Source: Burkholderiales bacterium
GTDB lineage: Bacteria; Pseudomonadota; Gammaproteobacteria; Burkholderiales; Burkholderiaceae_C
Length of the DNA: 43,746 bases
Direction: 5' to 3'
NCBI GenBank assembly: GCA_017302485.1
Contig: JAFLDI010000001.1
Coordinates: forward strand, 1-43,746
Position 1 is the first letter of the stretch. The number at the start of each line of letters is the position of its first letter. Made by a program: the position numbers and the translations under genes. Below the pieces are notes generated by a model. That model saw nothing but the letters and a program-made list of their open reading frames with translations. It ran no database searches and was not told the DNA's origin. This document shows, in pieces, positions 43,642 through 43,746 of the stretch.

Positions 43642-43746
43642 ATGAGACCGCCCCCTTCCGTACCTCAGCTGGTGTGTCCAGCAGGCTCGTTGCGAGCCCT
43701 CCAACTGGCTGTCGATGCCGGTGCCGACGCGGTCTACCTGGGCCTG
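43642..43746 (+). CDS. ubiU: U32 peptidase family, anaerobic ubiquinone biosynthesis protein UbiU (N-terminus, truncated by window edge)
   Basis: My translation, absent from the ORF track: MRPPPSVPQLVCPAGSLRALQLAVDAGADAVYLGL, which matches the UbiU start (ELLCPAG.L.AL.AA...GADAVY.GL). Confidence 0.75.
   Translation, partial: MRPPPSVPQLVCPAGSLRALQLAVDAGADAVYLGL

Noticed and set aside
1-43746. CRISPR arrays, tRNA/rRNA genes, IS elements, integrases and phage genes
   Set aside because: None was recognised. The window is almost fully tiled by metabolic and regulatory CDSs.

Overview
GC-rich window, probably from a betaproteobacterium of the Burkholderiales (inferred from protein style and gene order, not computed). 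It has three parts. (1) About 0.1-27.8 kb is an anaerobic nitrate-respiration and nitrosative-stress region: three tandem narK, narGHJI, a NifM/PpiC-like PPIase and narXL. These are flanked by an FNR/NarL-boxed operon (two hemerythrin/RIC-like genes, DUF3079, HPP-CBS, glutamine amidotransferase, nnrS) and an NsrR locus (hemerythrin, DsrC-like protein, second nnrS, DUF2249, 7Fe ferredoxin, ccoG). (2) About 28-42 kb is a sulfur/selenium-handling module: TetR plus MFP/ABC exporter, DUF302, a SenB-type selenosugar synthase with no senA/senC beside it, a Crp regulator, a c'-type cytochrome, a NifS/selenocysteine-lyase-like enzyme, and an ArsR-rhodanese operon carrying DsrE, a GH84 beta-N-acetylglucosaminidase, a persulfide-dioxygenase-like MBL protein, an MFS transporter and an exported rhodanese. 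(3) The end holds a hybrid histidine kinase with a damaged 5' end and the start of ubiU. The best candidate for an undescribed system is the SenB + GH84 + persulfide-relay cluster, which could be a reversible Se/S-GlcNAc conjugation pathway separate from selenoneine synthesis. All family assignments come from motif recognition; no searches were run.
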